From assembly GCA_963777955.1 (NCBI GenBank), contig CAVZSQ010000019.1, forward strand, positions 160,001-224,000: a stretch of 64,000 nt of DNA, written 5' to 3'. Source of the stretch: Calditrichia bacterium (lineage in GTDB: Bacteria > Calditrichota > Calditrichia > JAJRVZ01). Positions within the stretch are counted from its first letter, which is position 1. Each line of letters begins with the position of its first letter. The translations under genes were made by a program, and so were the position numbers. Below the pieces are notes generated by a model. It was not told the origin of the DNA, did no database searches, and worked only from the letters and a program-made list of their open reading frames with translations. Below are positions 54,910 through 64,000 of this stretch, in pieces.

Positions 54910-55783
54910 TTTTATCCTTTTTAATAGGTACTATTCCGGCCATTTCTCCGATCACGTTCACCAGTTCCTGATCTGCCGGTACGATAATCTTGGTATTATT
55001 TTCCAGCGCGCTTTGCATGGTTTCCAGCCGTTTCAGTAACTGGGCGTTTCCGACAAAATATTTATTCGCCGCCTCGTTCACCAGCCGGATCGCTTCCGAC
55101 TGACCTTCAGATTCCAGGATCCGGGCCTGTTTTACACCTTCTGCTTTCTTAATGGCGGCTCTTTTTTCCCCGTCAGCAACAGTTTCAACCGCGGTGGCAT
55201 AATCGACCGCTGCAATCTTCTCATTCTCTGCCTTGACAATTTTATTCATGGTATCCTGCACATCCTTGGGCGGATCGATCTGTTTTAATTCTGCCCGCAC
55301 AATGTCAATTCCCCAGGAGGTGGTTTCCTTGATCAATACTTTGTGCAATTCATCATTAATTTTTCCTCTTTCACTGTTGGCAGATTTTAAGGTGAGAGTA
55401 CCGATAATATTCCTCAGGGTGGTGCGGGCCAGGGCAACGATCTGAGCAGTCACATTATTGACATTGTATTGACAATTTTTAACGTTTTCTTCATCCGGCC
55501 GGACCCGGAAATAAATCTGGGCATCAACCATGGCATTCAGATTGTCATTAGTGATGATTTCCTGGGGTGAGGCATCGACCATTTGTTCGGTGATATTGAC
55601 CCGGTACAGGTGGTCGATCACCGGAATGATCCAGTGAAAACCGGGATTGGCAAAATGATGATACTTACCAAGCCGTTCCACCAGACCGCGATTGGTCGGG
55701 CGTACGATGCGGATGCCAATCAGGAAAAAGAACAATACGATAAAACCGATGGTGCCCATCCAGTTATACAGGAATACTTCCAT
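54902..55783 (-). CDS. SPFH/Band 7 (stomatin/QmcA-like) protein
   Basis: N-terminal TM; VERLGKY, QEIITNDN, TTLRNIIG and WGI motifs. Confidence 0.93.
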   Translation of the reverse strand: MEVFLYNWMGTIGFIVLFFFLIGIRIVRPTNRGLVERLGKYHHFANPGFHWIIPVIDHLYRVNITEQMVDASPQEIITNDNLNAMVDAQIYFRVRPDEENVKNCQYNVNNVTAQIVALARTTLRNIIGTLTLKSANSERGKINDELHKVLIKETTSWGIDIVRAELKQIDPPKDVQDTMNKIVKAENEKIAAVDYATAVETVADGEKRAAIKKAEGVKQARILESEGQSEAIRLVNEAANKYFVGNAQLLKRLETMQSALENNTKIIVPADQELVNVIGEMAGIVPIKKDKND

Positions 55784-56075
55784 TCCAACCTCCTCTGTAT
55801 TAATTTATTAATCACGGAAACGTCAAAATATGATATCATATTTTCTTGAAAACCCATGTTAAATATACAATATGAATAAATGACTATAAATCGATTTATT
55901 CAGAAAAAACTTGTATTTTTTAAGCAATCTCCCAGCCAGCTTATTATATTAATCGCCGGGCGTATACCAGACTATCTTTCAGGACAGATTTTTGACTGCC
56001 TTTTGACAACTCGATGACATTACTATAAAACTATTAAAATATATTGTCAGGTAGTTTATCGACCAGGAGAAAATT

Positions 56076-57170
56076 ATGAAAATTATAATATCTATCCTCT
56101 TAATAATACTGGGTATAACCTTTCCCTTAAAAAGCGACATTTTGCATCTGAACAATGGTGAAATGATCGCCGGACAATTGCTTGAAGTAACATCGGCCGG
56201 ATTAATTTTTGAAATACGAGCCGGATTAATCATTCAGGAATACAGAACCTTTCCCTGCGGCGATGTACTGCAGGTCATAGATGATTATGGAACAATGCTA
56301 TTTGAAAACAATCAACTTAAAGTCGAATATCTATCCGATTATTATAATCGTCTGCCACAAGCACCTTCACTTCCCTTCAGACTGGATACCCTCTATCTTA
56401 AGGACAATTCGATACTGCCGGTGTATATTAGCGAAATATCCGATGAATTTATTTTTTACCGGTCGGGTGATAAACGACAAAAAACAACGGGCCGACAATC
56501 CGTCCACCAGGTCGACCACATCAATGGAAATTCTGTCGAACAATACCGTCAGATTCATTGTTTCTATCCGGAAAAAAGGATCACGACCTTTCCAAGATTG
56601 GGGATCGAAATGGGCTATGGACTGATTTCAACTCATCTGGGCACACTTTCTAATTTAAAAGTAGACTCGTCAATAACAGGTATGAGTACAACAGAAACCC
56701 AGCAGTTTCGTGCAGTGAGCGATAACTACAACGGTATGCAAGTGGAATTATTCCTGGAGATAAATCCCTACCTTAGTATTCATGCCCTGGGTTATTACAT
56801 CGGCGGATTCAGTGGTTCGACTGTCGACGATTATGAACCGGAGCGAGACGAATCCTATTCTCTCGCCGCAACCGAAGTACATCTGACTTATCCTGAATAC
56901 TTTATCAAGCCCTGGGCGGGTCTGGGCTTTGCGTATCAATCAATTACCGTGATCAGCAATCTTGAAGGATTTGACGCCACCTGGCGATATCAATCAAATG
57001 CTTTCGATCTATCGGCAGGACTTGATCTAGCCATTTCACAAACTGTGCTTTTCTCCTTGTCCTGGCGCTCCATGTTGTTCCCTGAAAAACAGATAGATAA
57101 AAACCATCGCTATGGATCGATCAACCCGGCCAACCAGGTTTTGGGCGGTGGTCTAAAAATAATTTTTTAA
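56076..57170 (+). CDS. Putative outer-membrane beta-barrel protein with N-terminal periplasmic modules
   Basis: Signal peptide; two DxLxLxxG-type modules; amphipathic strands (PWAGLGFAY) and a terminal Phe (GGLKIIF). Confidence 0.55.
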   Translation: MKIIISILLIILGITFPLKSDILHLNNGEMIAGQLLEVTSAGLIFEIRAGLIIQEYRTFPCGDVLQVIDDYGTMLFENNQLKVEYLSDYYNRLPQAPSLPFRLDTLYLKDNSILPVYISEISDEFIFYRSGDKRQKTTGRQSVHQVDHINGNSVEQYRQIHCFYPEKRITTFPRLGIEMGYGLISTHLGTLSNLKVDSSITGMSTTETQQFRAVSDNYNGMQVELFLEINPYLSIHALGYYIGGFSGSTVDDYEPERDESYSLAATEVHLTYPEYFIKPWAGLGFAYQSITVISNLEGFDATWRYQSNAFDLSAGLDLAISQTVLFSLSWRSMLFPEKQIDKNHRYGSINPANQVLGGGLKIIF

Positions 57171-57185
57171 AATGAGGTGATTAAA

Positions 57186-58755
57186 ATGAAAATATTAATC
57201 ATCGGCCTGATCCCCCTGTTACTCTTCGGTTGTCTCAAATATTCTTATCAACAAAAGATGAACTATACTGCGTTCGGTCGACAGATCGCCGAGACCGACA
57301 CGCTATCTTTCATTACTAAAAATGGGGACCAGTACTCATTACAGGTAGTGTCGGTATCTGCGCATGAAATACAGGGTCAGGGCAGGATGAAAAACCAATC
57401 TCATTCCTGGCAGGATTTTTCCGGAACCGTAGATCTGGACAGCATTGACATTCTGCTATATCAGAAAACAGCGGCCGCGCCACTTTTTGTTATTGCTGCC
57501 GGTGCAATAATAGTAGGAGAGATTTATCATTCCAGTTTATCCGGACCGGACGAACCAGCCTTGGAGATATCCTATCCCATGGGATCATCGTGTCCTTATA
57601 TTTATAGCAAAACCGATACAGGTTATTGCCTGGAAGCCGAAGCTTTCGGTACGGCGCTGGGCAGGGCCCTGGAAATAGAAACCAGCAGTTGTCTACCGGC
57701 GCTGAGTTTCAATGAGCCTGACCTGCAGATACGCATCAGCAATGAACGCTTAGAAACCCAGTATATCAATTCGGTATCACTGGCAGTGGTAACTCATCCA
57801 GCTGACGCTGTCGTGGTATTAGACAATGCCCAGATCTCCCTGGCTGGTATCACACTCCCAAAAACCGTTGCTGGCCATCGACCATTCCGGAAAGAATGTA
57901 ACCGCCCTGATTGATTCTGAAGACAGCAGATATTGGGAATCGGATCTGGCCAATATCACCTTTAATTCCTCACTTCAGGACGGCCTGGAATTGCGTTTCG
58001 CCCGGCCGGAAAACAGTGGCAACGCAGCTCTGCTAATTGATGCGATCAATACCGAACTGATCACCAGCGTCTATCAAAGTGTATTTAGTTTTCTGGGTGA
58101 CGACGCTTTATTATTTTTACATAAATTGGAAACCGACAGCAATATAATTGCTCTGATGCATAAATGGTTGCAGGATTGTGCACTGCACGTCTCTGTCTGG
58201 AATAACGGCCAATGGGAACCAGCTGGTTCCATTTTCCCCGAGGCCAATGCGGTACCCTTTCAACGCCTGGTTTACCTGCAGATTCCCGAATCAAGTTCTG
58301 CCGATAAAATTGTTCGTATCAGGTTGCATTCGTTGCCGGATGTGTGGAAAATAAACTCAATTACTCTGGATTGGATGCCGGAGCGGGCACGGGATATTCA
58401 AACCGTGCCCCTGCACCAGGCGGATGGACCAGGCGGCTTAAGCGGAAAAGAAATTTTATCACGGCAAGACCAGGATTATGCGGTACTTTTACCCGGGGAT
58501 AAAATTGATTTGTGGTTCGAAAATAAGGGGCTTATAAAAAGTCCGGCGGTCACAGCGGTGCTCGCAGTAAGCGGTTATCTGCATGAATGGTTGCGGCAGG
58601 ATGATACTATTAATACTTTTTCCCTGGGCGCCGCAGGTATTTGGGGGAACGATCGTTTAGCTGCTTTGACCTATTTAATGAACGAAAAGCGACTATTATT
58701 ACCGCCCATCTATTCCGATTGGAAAAATCACAAACTGCAAAAAAGTGTACGATAG
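57186..58755 (+). CDS. Uncharacterised lipoprotein with a GSSCPYIY motif (frameshift near 57835)
   Basis: Lipobox LFGC; joined from ORFs 57177-57914 and 57826-58755. Confidence 0.6.
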
Positions 58756-59098
58756 CATCAGGAACAATCCTGATCAATAAGTATTTGTGTTAACTAGTTT
58801 AATCTGGATAGTATACTATACGATTTAACCGTTGTGCTGTTCTTCAGCGATCCCACCAAAAGACTCATAATAATATTTAATAATAATTATATTTTTTTTG
58901 TTTAAAAATAAATTCTTCATTATATTTTTAGCAAGCAATTAAACATTCGCGGTTGAGGAATTTTAATGCAGTTTGTTTTTCCAGACCAATACATGATTTT
59001 CAACCTTACACATTTACAATTAAAAATATCGAAGCAATAGGTTATGCCAGGGGGATAGACCCGCCTTGCCATAATTCATAATATACATGGAATCTACT

Positions 59099-59116
59099 TC
59101 GTGAATAAATTAACAT
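59099..59116. promoter_or_regulatory. Possible Rex operator upstream of hdrA
   Basis: TCGTGAA-TAAA-TTAACAT compared with TTGTGAA-N4-TTCACAA, next to the RBS. Confidence 0.35.
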
Positions 59117-59130
59117 AGAAGGAAAGAGGC

Positions 59131-60948
59131 ATGGATATCAAAAAAGTAACGGGAATTATTTTTACCGATAGTACTAACGGCTACGCTCCTGCTTATGACC
59201 TTTCCACACTTGTCAGTTATGCCCGGCAACTTGACGGAGTCAAGCTGGTCTGGAACACCACTGACTTGCCGATGTCCAATGTTCAGCAGATGGCCGAAAA
59301 AATCAAGGAACATGGATTAAATTACCTGATTCTGGCCGGTGATCTTCCGGGTCTGCAAAAAACCTTCTTTGCCAGCGCGATGATAACCGCAGGCCAGGAT
59401 CCGCTGCAGATCTTCCTGGCCAGTTTTCTTGAATACGGTGTCGTTTCCCCTGCTGAGACTGAACGGGCCAAAGCAATCCTCTATTGTGCAGTCAGAGGTC
59501 TGCGTTTTGAACAGGCAGCTCTACCCAAAGAAACACCTGTTCATCCCGACACTCTGGTTATCGGTGCAGGCATTGCCGGAATTCAGGCTGCTCTGGAGAT
59601 AGCCAATGGCGGGCAAAAAGTATATCTGCTGGAAAAAACCGGAACAATCGGCGGACATATGGCCATGTTCGATAAAACCTTCCCTACCCTGGATTGTGCA
59701 GCCTGTATCCTGACACCCAAGATGGTGGAGGTAGGTCAGCATCCCCTGATCGATCTTTTGACCTATTCCGAGGTGCAAAAAGTGAGCGGCCGGCCCGGCG
59801 AATATAAGGTGAAAATATTAAAAAAAGCCCGGCGGGTAAATATAGCCACCTGCATTGGTTGCGGTACCTGCACGGAAAAATGTCCGGCTACCGCCCCGAG
59901 CGAATTCGATGCCGCTACCAGTCTGCGCAAAGCTATCTATATCCCCTTTCCGCAGGCCGTACCCAATAAATACCTGATCGACGAAAAAAGTTGTATTTAC
60001 CTGGACCGCGGTAAATGCGGAGTCTGCGTAAAAGTATGCCCGGTACCCGATTGTATCAATCTGGACGAAAAGGACGAAGAGGTCGAGTTAACCGTCGGCA
60101 ACATTATCGTGGCCACCGGATTTCAAATATTCGATGCCCACCGTGCAGAACAATTCGGTTACGGCAAATTCCCTAATGTCATCACCTCGCTGGAGCTGGA
60201 ACGTCTGGTCAATGCCGCCGGTCCGACCGGAGGCGTTATTCACTTTCGTTCCAAAGACAAACGGGATAACTGGATTTTCTCCCCGGAAAACGATCAACCG
60301 CAAAGCATCGCCCTGATCCATTGCATCGGCAGCCGTGATGAAAACTTTCATAAATATTGCTCCAAGGTTTGCTGCATGTACTCGCTCAAGCTGGCCCACC
60401 TGATCCGTGAAAAACTTCCGACGGCAGAGATCAGCGAATTTTTTATTGACATGCGTGCCTTTGGCAAAGGTTATGAAGAATTTTATGAACGCATCAAGGA
60501 AGAGGGTATAAATATTATCCGCGGTCGCACAGCCAAAGTTGAACAATCCAATGGCCAACTGTTATTGCGCACTGAAGATATCCTGCACAATCGCCTGCTG
60601 GAAACAAAGGTGGATATGGTTGTGCTGGCGGTGGGCTTGGAACCTCGTGAAGATGCACAGAAGATAAGCGACCTGTTAGGTATTCCCTGCAGCGCAGAAG
60701 GCTGGTTCCGGGAAGCAAACATAATCAGCGATCCGGTAAACACTTTTAGCGGGGGCATCTCCATAGCCGGAGTATGCCAGGGTCCCAAAGATATTCCCGA
60801 TACAGTGGCCCAGGCTTCCGCTGCCGCATCACGGGTGCTGCAAAGTATCATCAATGGAAACGTCAAAGAAAGTATCAAGGATTTAACTTTACAGAATGTC
60901 GAAACTCAGGCTAATCAAATTTCAACCAGAGTGGAGAACCAATCATGA
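59131..60948 (+). CDS. hdrA: HdrA/QmoA-like flavo-iron-sulfur protein
   Basis: VIGAGIAG, DKTFPTLDCAAC, an inserted ferredoxin (CIGCGTCTEKCP, CGVCVKVCP), HCIGSRD...CSKVCC and GPKDIPD. Confidence 0.9.
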   Translation: MDIKKVTGIIFTDSTNGYAPAYDLSTLVSYARQLDGVKLVWNTTDLPMSNVQQMAEKIKEHGLNYLILAGDLPGLQKTFFASAMITAGQDPLQIFLASFLEYGVVSPAETERAKAILYCAVRGLRFEQAALPKETPVHPDTLVIGAGIAGIQAALEIANGGQKVYLLEKTGTIGGHMAMFDKTFPTLDCAACILTPKMVEVGQHPLIDLLTYSEVQKVSGRPGEYKVKILKKARRVNIATCIGCGTCTEKCPATAPSEFDAATSLRKAIYIPFPQAVPNKYLIDEKSCIYLDRGKCGVCVKVCPVPDCINLDEKDEEVELTVGNIIVATGFQIFDAHRAEQFGYGKFPNVITSLELERLVNAAGPTGGVIHFRSKDKRDNWIFSPENDQPQSIALIHCIGSRDENFHKYCSKVCCMYSLKLAHLIREKLPTAEISEFFIDMRAFGKGYEEFYERIKEEGINIIRGRTAKVEQSNGQLLLRTEDILHNRLLETKVDMVVLAVGLEPREDAQKISDLLGIPCSAEGWFREANIISDPVNTFSGGISIAGVCQGPKDIPDTVAQASAAASRVLQSIINGNVKESIKDLTLQNVETQANQISTRVENQS

Positions 60949-62075
60949 ATATCCGCGTTAATCCCGATTTTCCTGCAGAATTAAAAAAGTACGGCAAGGG
61001 CGAATGGAATGACTGTTTCCATTGCGGTAATTGTACCGCTATTTGTCCCCTGACCGAAAATAATAATCTTTTTCCCAGACGAAGCATCCGCCTGCTGCAG
61101 ATGGGTTTAAGCGACCAACTGGCCTTAAATGTTGACCCCTGGTTGTGTTATTATTGCGGGGACTGCTCAAAAACATGCCCCCGTAATGCCAATCCGGGCG
61201 AGTTGATGATGAGTTTAAGGCGGTATTTGACTTCCATCTATGACTGGACCGGCCTTTCCAAAAGGTTTTATACCACCAAATTCTGGGAATTTGGTATGAT
61301 TATCTTTCTGTCTCTGTTGGTAATCAGCCTTTTTGCCTTCGCGCTGCCGCCTCTGGATCCGACACTGACCCCGCAGGGGGGTGTAAAAATAAATCAATTC
61401 GCTCCGGTGGAATGGATTGAGATCGGCGATTGGACAATGGCCGTCATTGTCGCTGCCCTGCTGATCTCAAATATTCTGCATATGTACTATAAAGTGATAC
61501 TATCGGATAAATCTATCAAGATACCGTTCCTGTACTACTTTAAAGAATTCTGGCTGCTGATCGTTCATTTCCTGACTCAGTTGCGTTTTTCCAAATGCGA
61601 TGCCGAAGGTAAAAGATACTGGTTTGGTCACTGGCTGCTCATGTCCGGTTACACGATCATGTTCACTGTAATCGTTGTCTTCTTACCATGGTTTCAGACT
61701 GAAGAGATACATCCGCTGTATCATCCCCAGCGCTTCCTGGGTTATTATGCAACATTCGGATTGTTATTTGGATTGGTATTCGCCTTGATTGGCCGCATAA
61801 AGAAAACCAGCGAAAAATTCAAATTTTCTCACTTCAGTGACTGGTTTTTCATCATCATGCTGATCATGACCACGGTTACCGGTATTATGGTGCATATCTT
61901 CAGGGTCAACGGCATGCCGGCGGCCACTTATTATACCTATATTGCTCATCTGGCGATTCTGGTGCCGATGATCATGATCGAAGTACCATTTTCTAAATGG
62001 TCGCACCTGGCTTACCGTCCTTTTGCGGTTTATTTTTCCAATTTAAAAAATACAGCCCTGGCACAACAAAAATAA
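60945..62075 (+). CDS. QmoC-like protein: HdrC-type 2x[4Fe-4S] domain plus a membrane b-type cytochrome domain
   Basis: CFHCGNCTAICP and CYYCGDCSKTCP; about 6 TM helices with candidate His ligands (FGHW, MVH, IAHL, KWSHLAYRP). Confidence 0.85.
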   Translation: MNIRVNPDFPAELKKYGKGEWNDCFHCGNCTAICPLTENNNLFPRRSIRLLQMGLSDQLALNVDPWLCYYCGDCSKTCPRNANPGELMMSLRRYLTSIYDWTGLSKRFYTTKFWEFGMIIFLSLLVISLFAFALPPLDPTLTPQGGVKINQFAPVEWIEIGDWTMAVIVAALLISNILHMYYKVILSDKSIKIPFLYYFKEFWLLIVHFLTQLRFSKCDAEGKRYWFGHWLLMSGYTIMFTVIVVFLPWFQTEEIHPLYHPQRFLGYYATFGLLFGLVFALIGRIKKTSEKFKFSHFSDWFFIIMLIMTTVTGIMVHIFRVNGMPAATYYTYIAHLAILVPMIMIEVPFSKWSHLAYRPFAVYFSNLKNTALAQQK

Positions 62076-63831
62076 ATGAATGAGGATAAAATGGAAGAAC
62101 CTAGAATAGGGGTTTATGTCTGCTGGTGCGGTTCGAATATTGCTAAAATGGTCGATGTGCAGGACGTGGCAAAATTCATCGCTAAACTGCCCGGTGTCAT
62201 AATCGCCCGTGATTATAAATACATGTGTTCGGATCCCGGTCAGGATATGGTTATTAAAGATATTAAAGAATTTAAACTGAACCGGGTGGTGGTTTCCGCC
62301 TGTTCTCCGCGAATTCATGAAATCACTTTCCGTAAAGCCCTGGAGAACGCCGGTTTAAATCCCTATATGTTCGAGATGGCCAATATCCGCGAACAGGACT
62401 CCTGGGTGCATGAAAACCGGGTGGAAGCGACACATAAAGCCAAGTCGCTGGTAGCTCGCCGCCGTTTACCGGGTCAAACATCACGAAGCGCTGGACAAGC
62501 GGACGGTGGATATCAATCCGGCCACATTGATCATCGGTGGCGGTATCGCCGGTATCTCGGCAGCTCTGGAGATTGCCAATGCCGGCAAAAAGGTTTTTCT
62601 GATCGAAAAGACAGGTGAACTGGGTGGAAATTTAACCCGCGTCGATCTTACCTTCCCCTATCTGTACAGTGCTCAGCAAATACTGAATCCGATCATCGCA
62701 CAGGTAAAAAAACATCCCAATATTTCTATTTTTCTGAACAGCACTATTGATGAAGTGTACGGATATGTGGGAAATTTCGAGACAACTTTGAAAAATCAAA
62801 ATGGCCAGGATCTGCTATTAAAATTCGGAAATGTCATCGTGGCGACCGGCCTGAAACCATTTGATCCGGCCGTGATCCCCGAATATAATTACGGCAAACT
62901 GCCGGATATCATTACCTCTTACGAATTCGAGCGTATGCTGCTAAGCGGGCAGATCCTTAGCAAAGCAGGAAAGATCCCTAAAAATATTGCCATCATCCAT
63001 TGCGTGGGCAGCCGGAATCCCAAATATCATCCGTACTGTTCCCGCACCTGTTGTTTGACTGCGCTCAAGTATTCCAACCAGATCCGCTCAGCCCTGCCGG
63101 ATGCGAATATCTATCAATTGTATGCTGACATGCGGTCTATGGGCAAAGGCTGCGAGGAATTATATACCCGTACTTCCAGGCAGGGGGTTATGTTCCTGAT
63201 GTTTGATCAGAAACGCAATTTGCCGCGAGTGCGCAAAGCGGATACGCACGATAACTGCAGTATGGTAATCGAAATGAATGAATTATTGTCTGGTGAAACT
63301 GTGGAGGTCCCTGCGGATCTGGTCATCCTGATGGTCAACATGGAAGCGCATGATGATTCAGCGGACGTGGCCCATGCGGTCGGTGTGAGTAAATGCGGCA
63401 ATGATTTCTATATTGAGAAACATCCCAAACTGGATCCGGTGGCCACTACCACCGATGGTGTATATATCGCCGGCAACTGTCAGAGCCCCAAGCACATTCC
63501 TGATTCCATTGCGCAGGCTAAAGCGGCTGCAGCCCGCATCCTGGCCACTATCAAGGTTGCCTCGGTTAATGTAGAAGTGACCACCGCCCAGGTGAATGAA
63601 GATATTTGCTGCGGCTGCCAGACCTGCATAAAAGTCTGCCCGTATACAGCGATCAGTTACCTGGCGGACAAGAAAGTTTCTTTTGTTAATGATATCCTGT
63701 GTAAAGGGTGCGGAACATGCGGATCGGCCTGTCCGACCGGTGCCATTCGCAGCAGGCATTTCACCGATCAACAGATCATGTCCGAAATCGAAGGTATCCT
63801 GCAATTTGAAATGGAGGAGGCTGTACCATGA
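62076..63831 (+). CDS. hdrA: Second HdrA/QmoB-like protein (frameshift near 62460)
   Basis: [48 protein letters not shown]-terminal ferredoxin ([24 protein letters not shown]). Confidence 0.9.
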
Positions 63832-64000
63832 GTTTTCGACCCACGATCATATCCTTTCTGTGCAACTGGTGTTCCTATACGGGTGCGGATCTGGCCGGAA
63901 CTTCGCGTATGAAATATTCTTCAAATATCCGGGTGATCCGGGTAATGTGTTCAGGCCGTATTGACCCTACTTTTGTTTTGAAAGCCCTGCGCGAAGGAGC
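63828..64000 (+). CDS. mvhD: MvhD-family [2Fe-2S] subunit, truncated by the window edge
   Basis: Manual translation [51 protein letters not shown] overlap with the hdrA stop; not in the ORF track. Confidence 0.92.
   Translation, partial: MSFRPTIISFLCNWCSYTGADLAGTSRMKYSSNIRVIRVMCSGRIDPTFVLKALREG

Noticed and set aside
59042..59074. Hairpin upstream of hdrA as a possible riboswitch
   Set aside because: It is an imperfect stem with no recognisable aptamer consensus or expression platform.

Overview
Bacterial chromosomal window from a Gram-negative, probably anaerobic organism. An FCB-related lineage such as Calditrichota, KSB1 or Ignavibacteria is inferred from the secreted proteins ending in a YPNPFNP-type C-terminal domain, the Bacteroidota-style his operon and the exbB-exbD-exbD-tonB-pstS-TPR locus. 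About 20 genes, including his genes, are broken by single-base indels. These are most likely long-read consensus errors, so genes are reported rejoined. From left to right: (1) a minus-strand redox operon with two membrane-anchored GcvH-like proteins that lack the lipoyl lysine, a 26-aa membrane micro-ORF, a Tat-exported HybA/HmcB-like ferredoxin and an NrfD/HybB subunit. It has a sigma54-like promoter and TGT-N11-ACA boxes upstream and is followed by a c-heme sensor kinase that the ORF track missed. This is the best candidate for an undescribed system. (2) DUF362, DUF6599 and an FAD oxidoreductase. (3) A KinB/AlgB-like two-component system in front of a putative sigma54-driven STAS-exbB-exbD-exbD-tonB-tonB-pstS-like-TPR-PsbP operon. 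(4) pbpC and alpha-2-macroglobulin. (5) Secreted enzymes, including a GSDH/diheme-cytochrome fusion. (6) An RND efflux operon, TetR regulators, a ZIP transporter and a phosphoesterase. (7) A complete hisGDCBHAF(IE) operon with an unannotated His-rich leader-peptide attenuator. (8) SPFH, AbrB and unknown envelope proteins. (9) The start of a Qmo-like hdrA-qmoC-hdrA-mvhD cluster. Three REP-like palindrome families also occur. No rRNA, tRNA, CRISPR array or transposase was seen.
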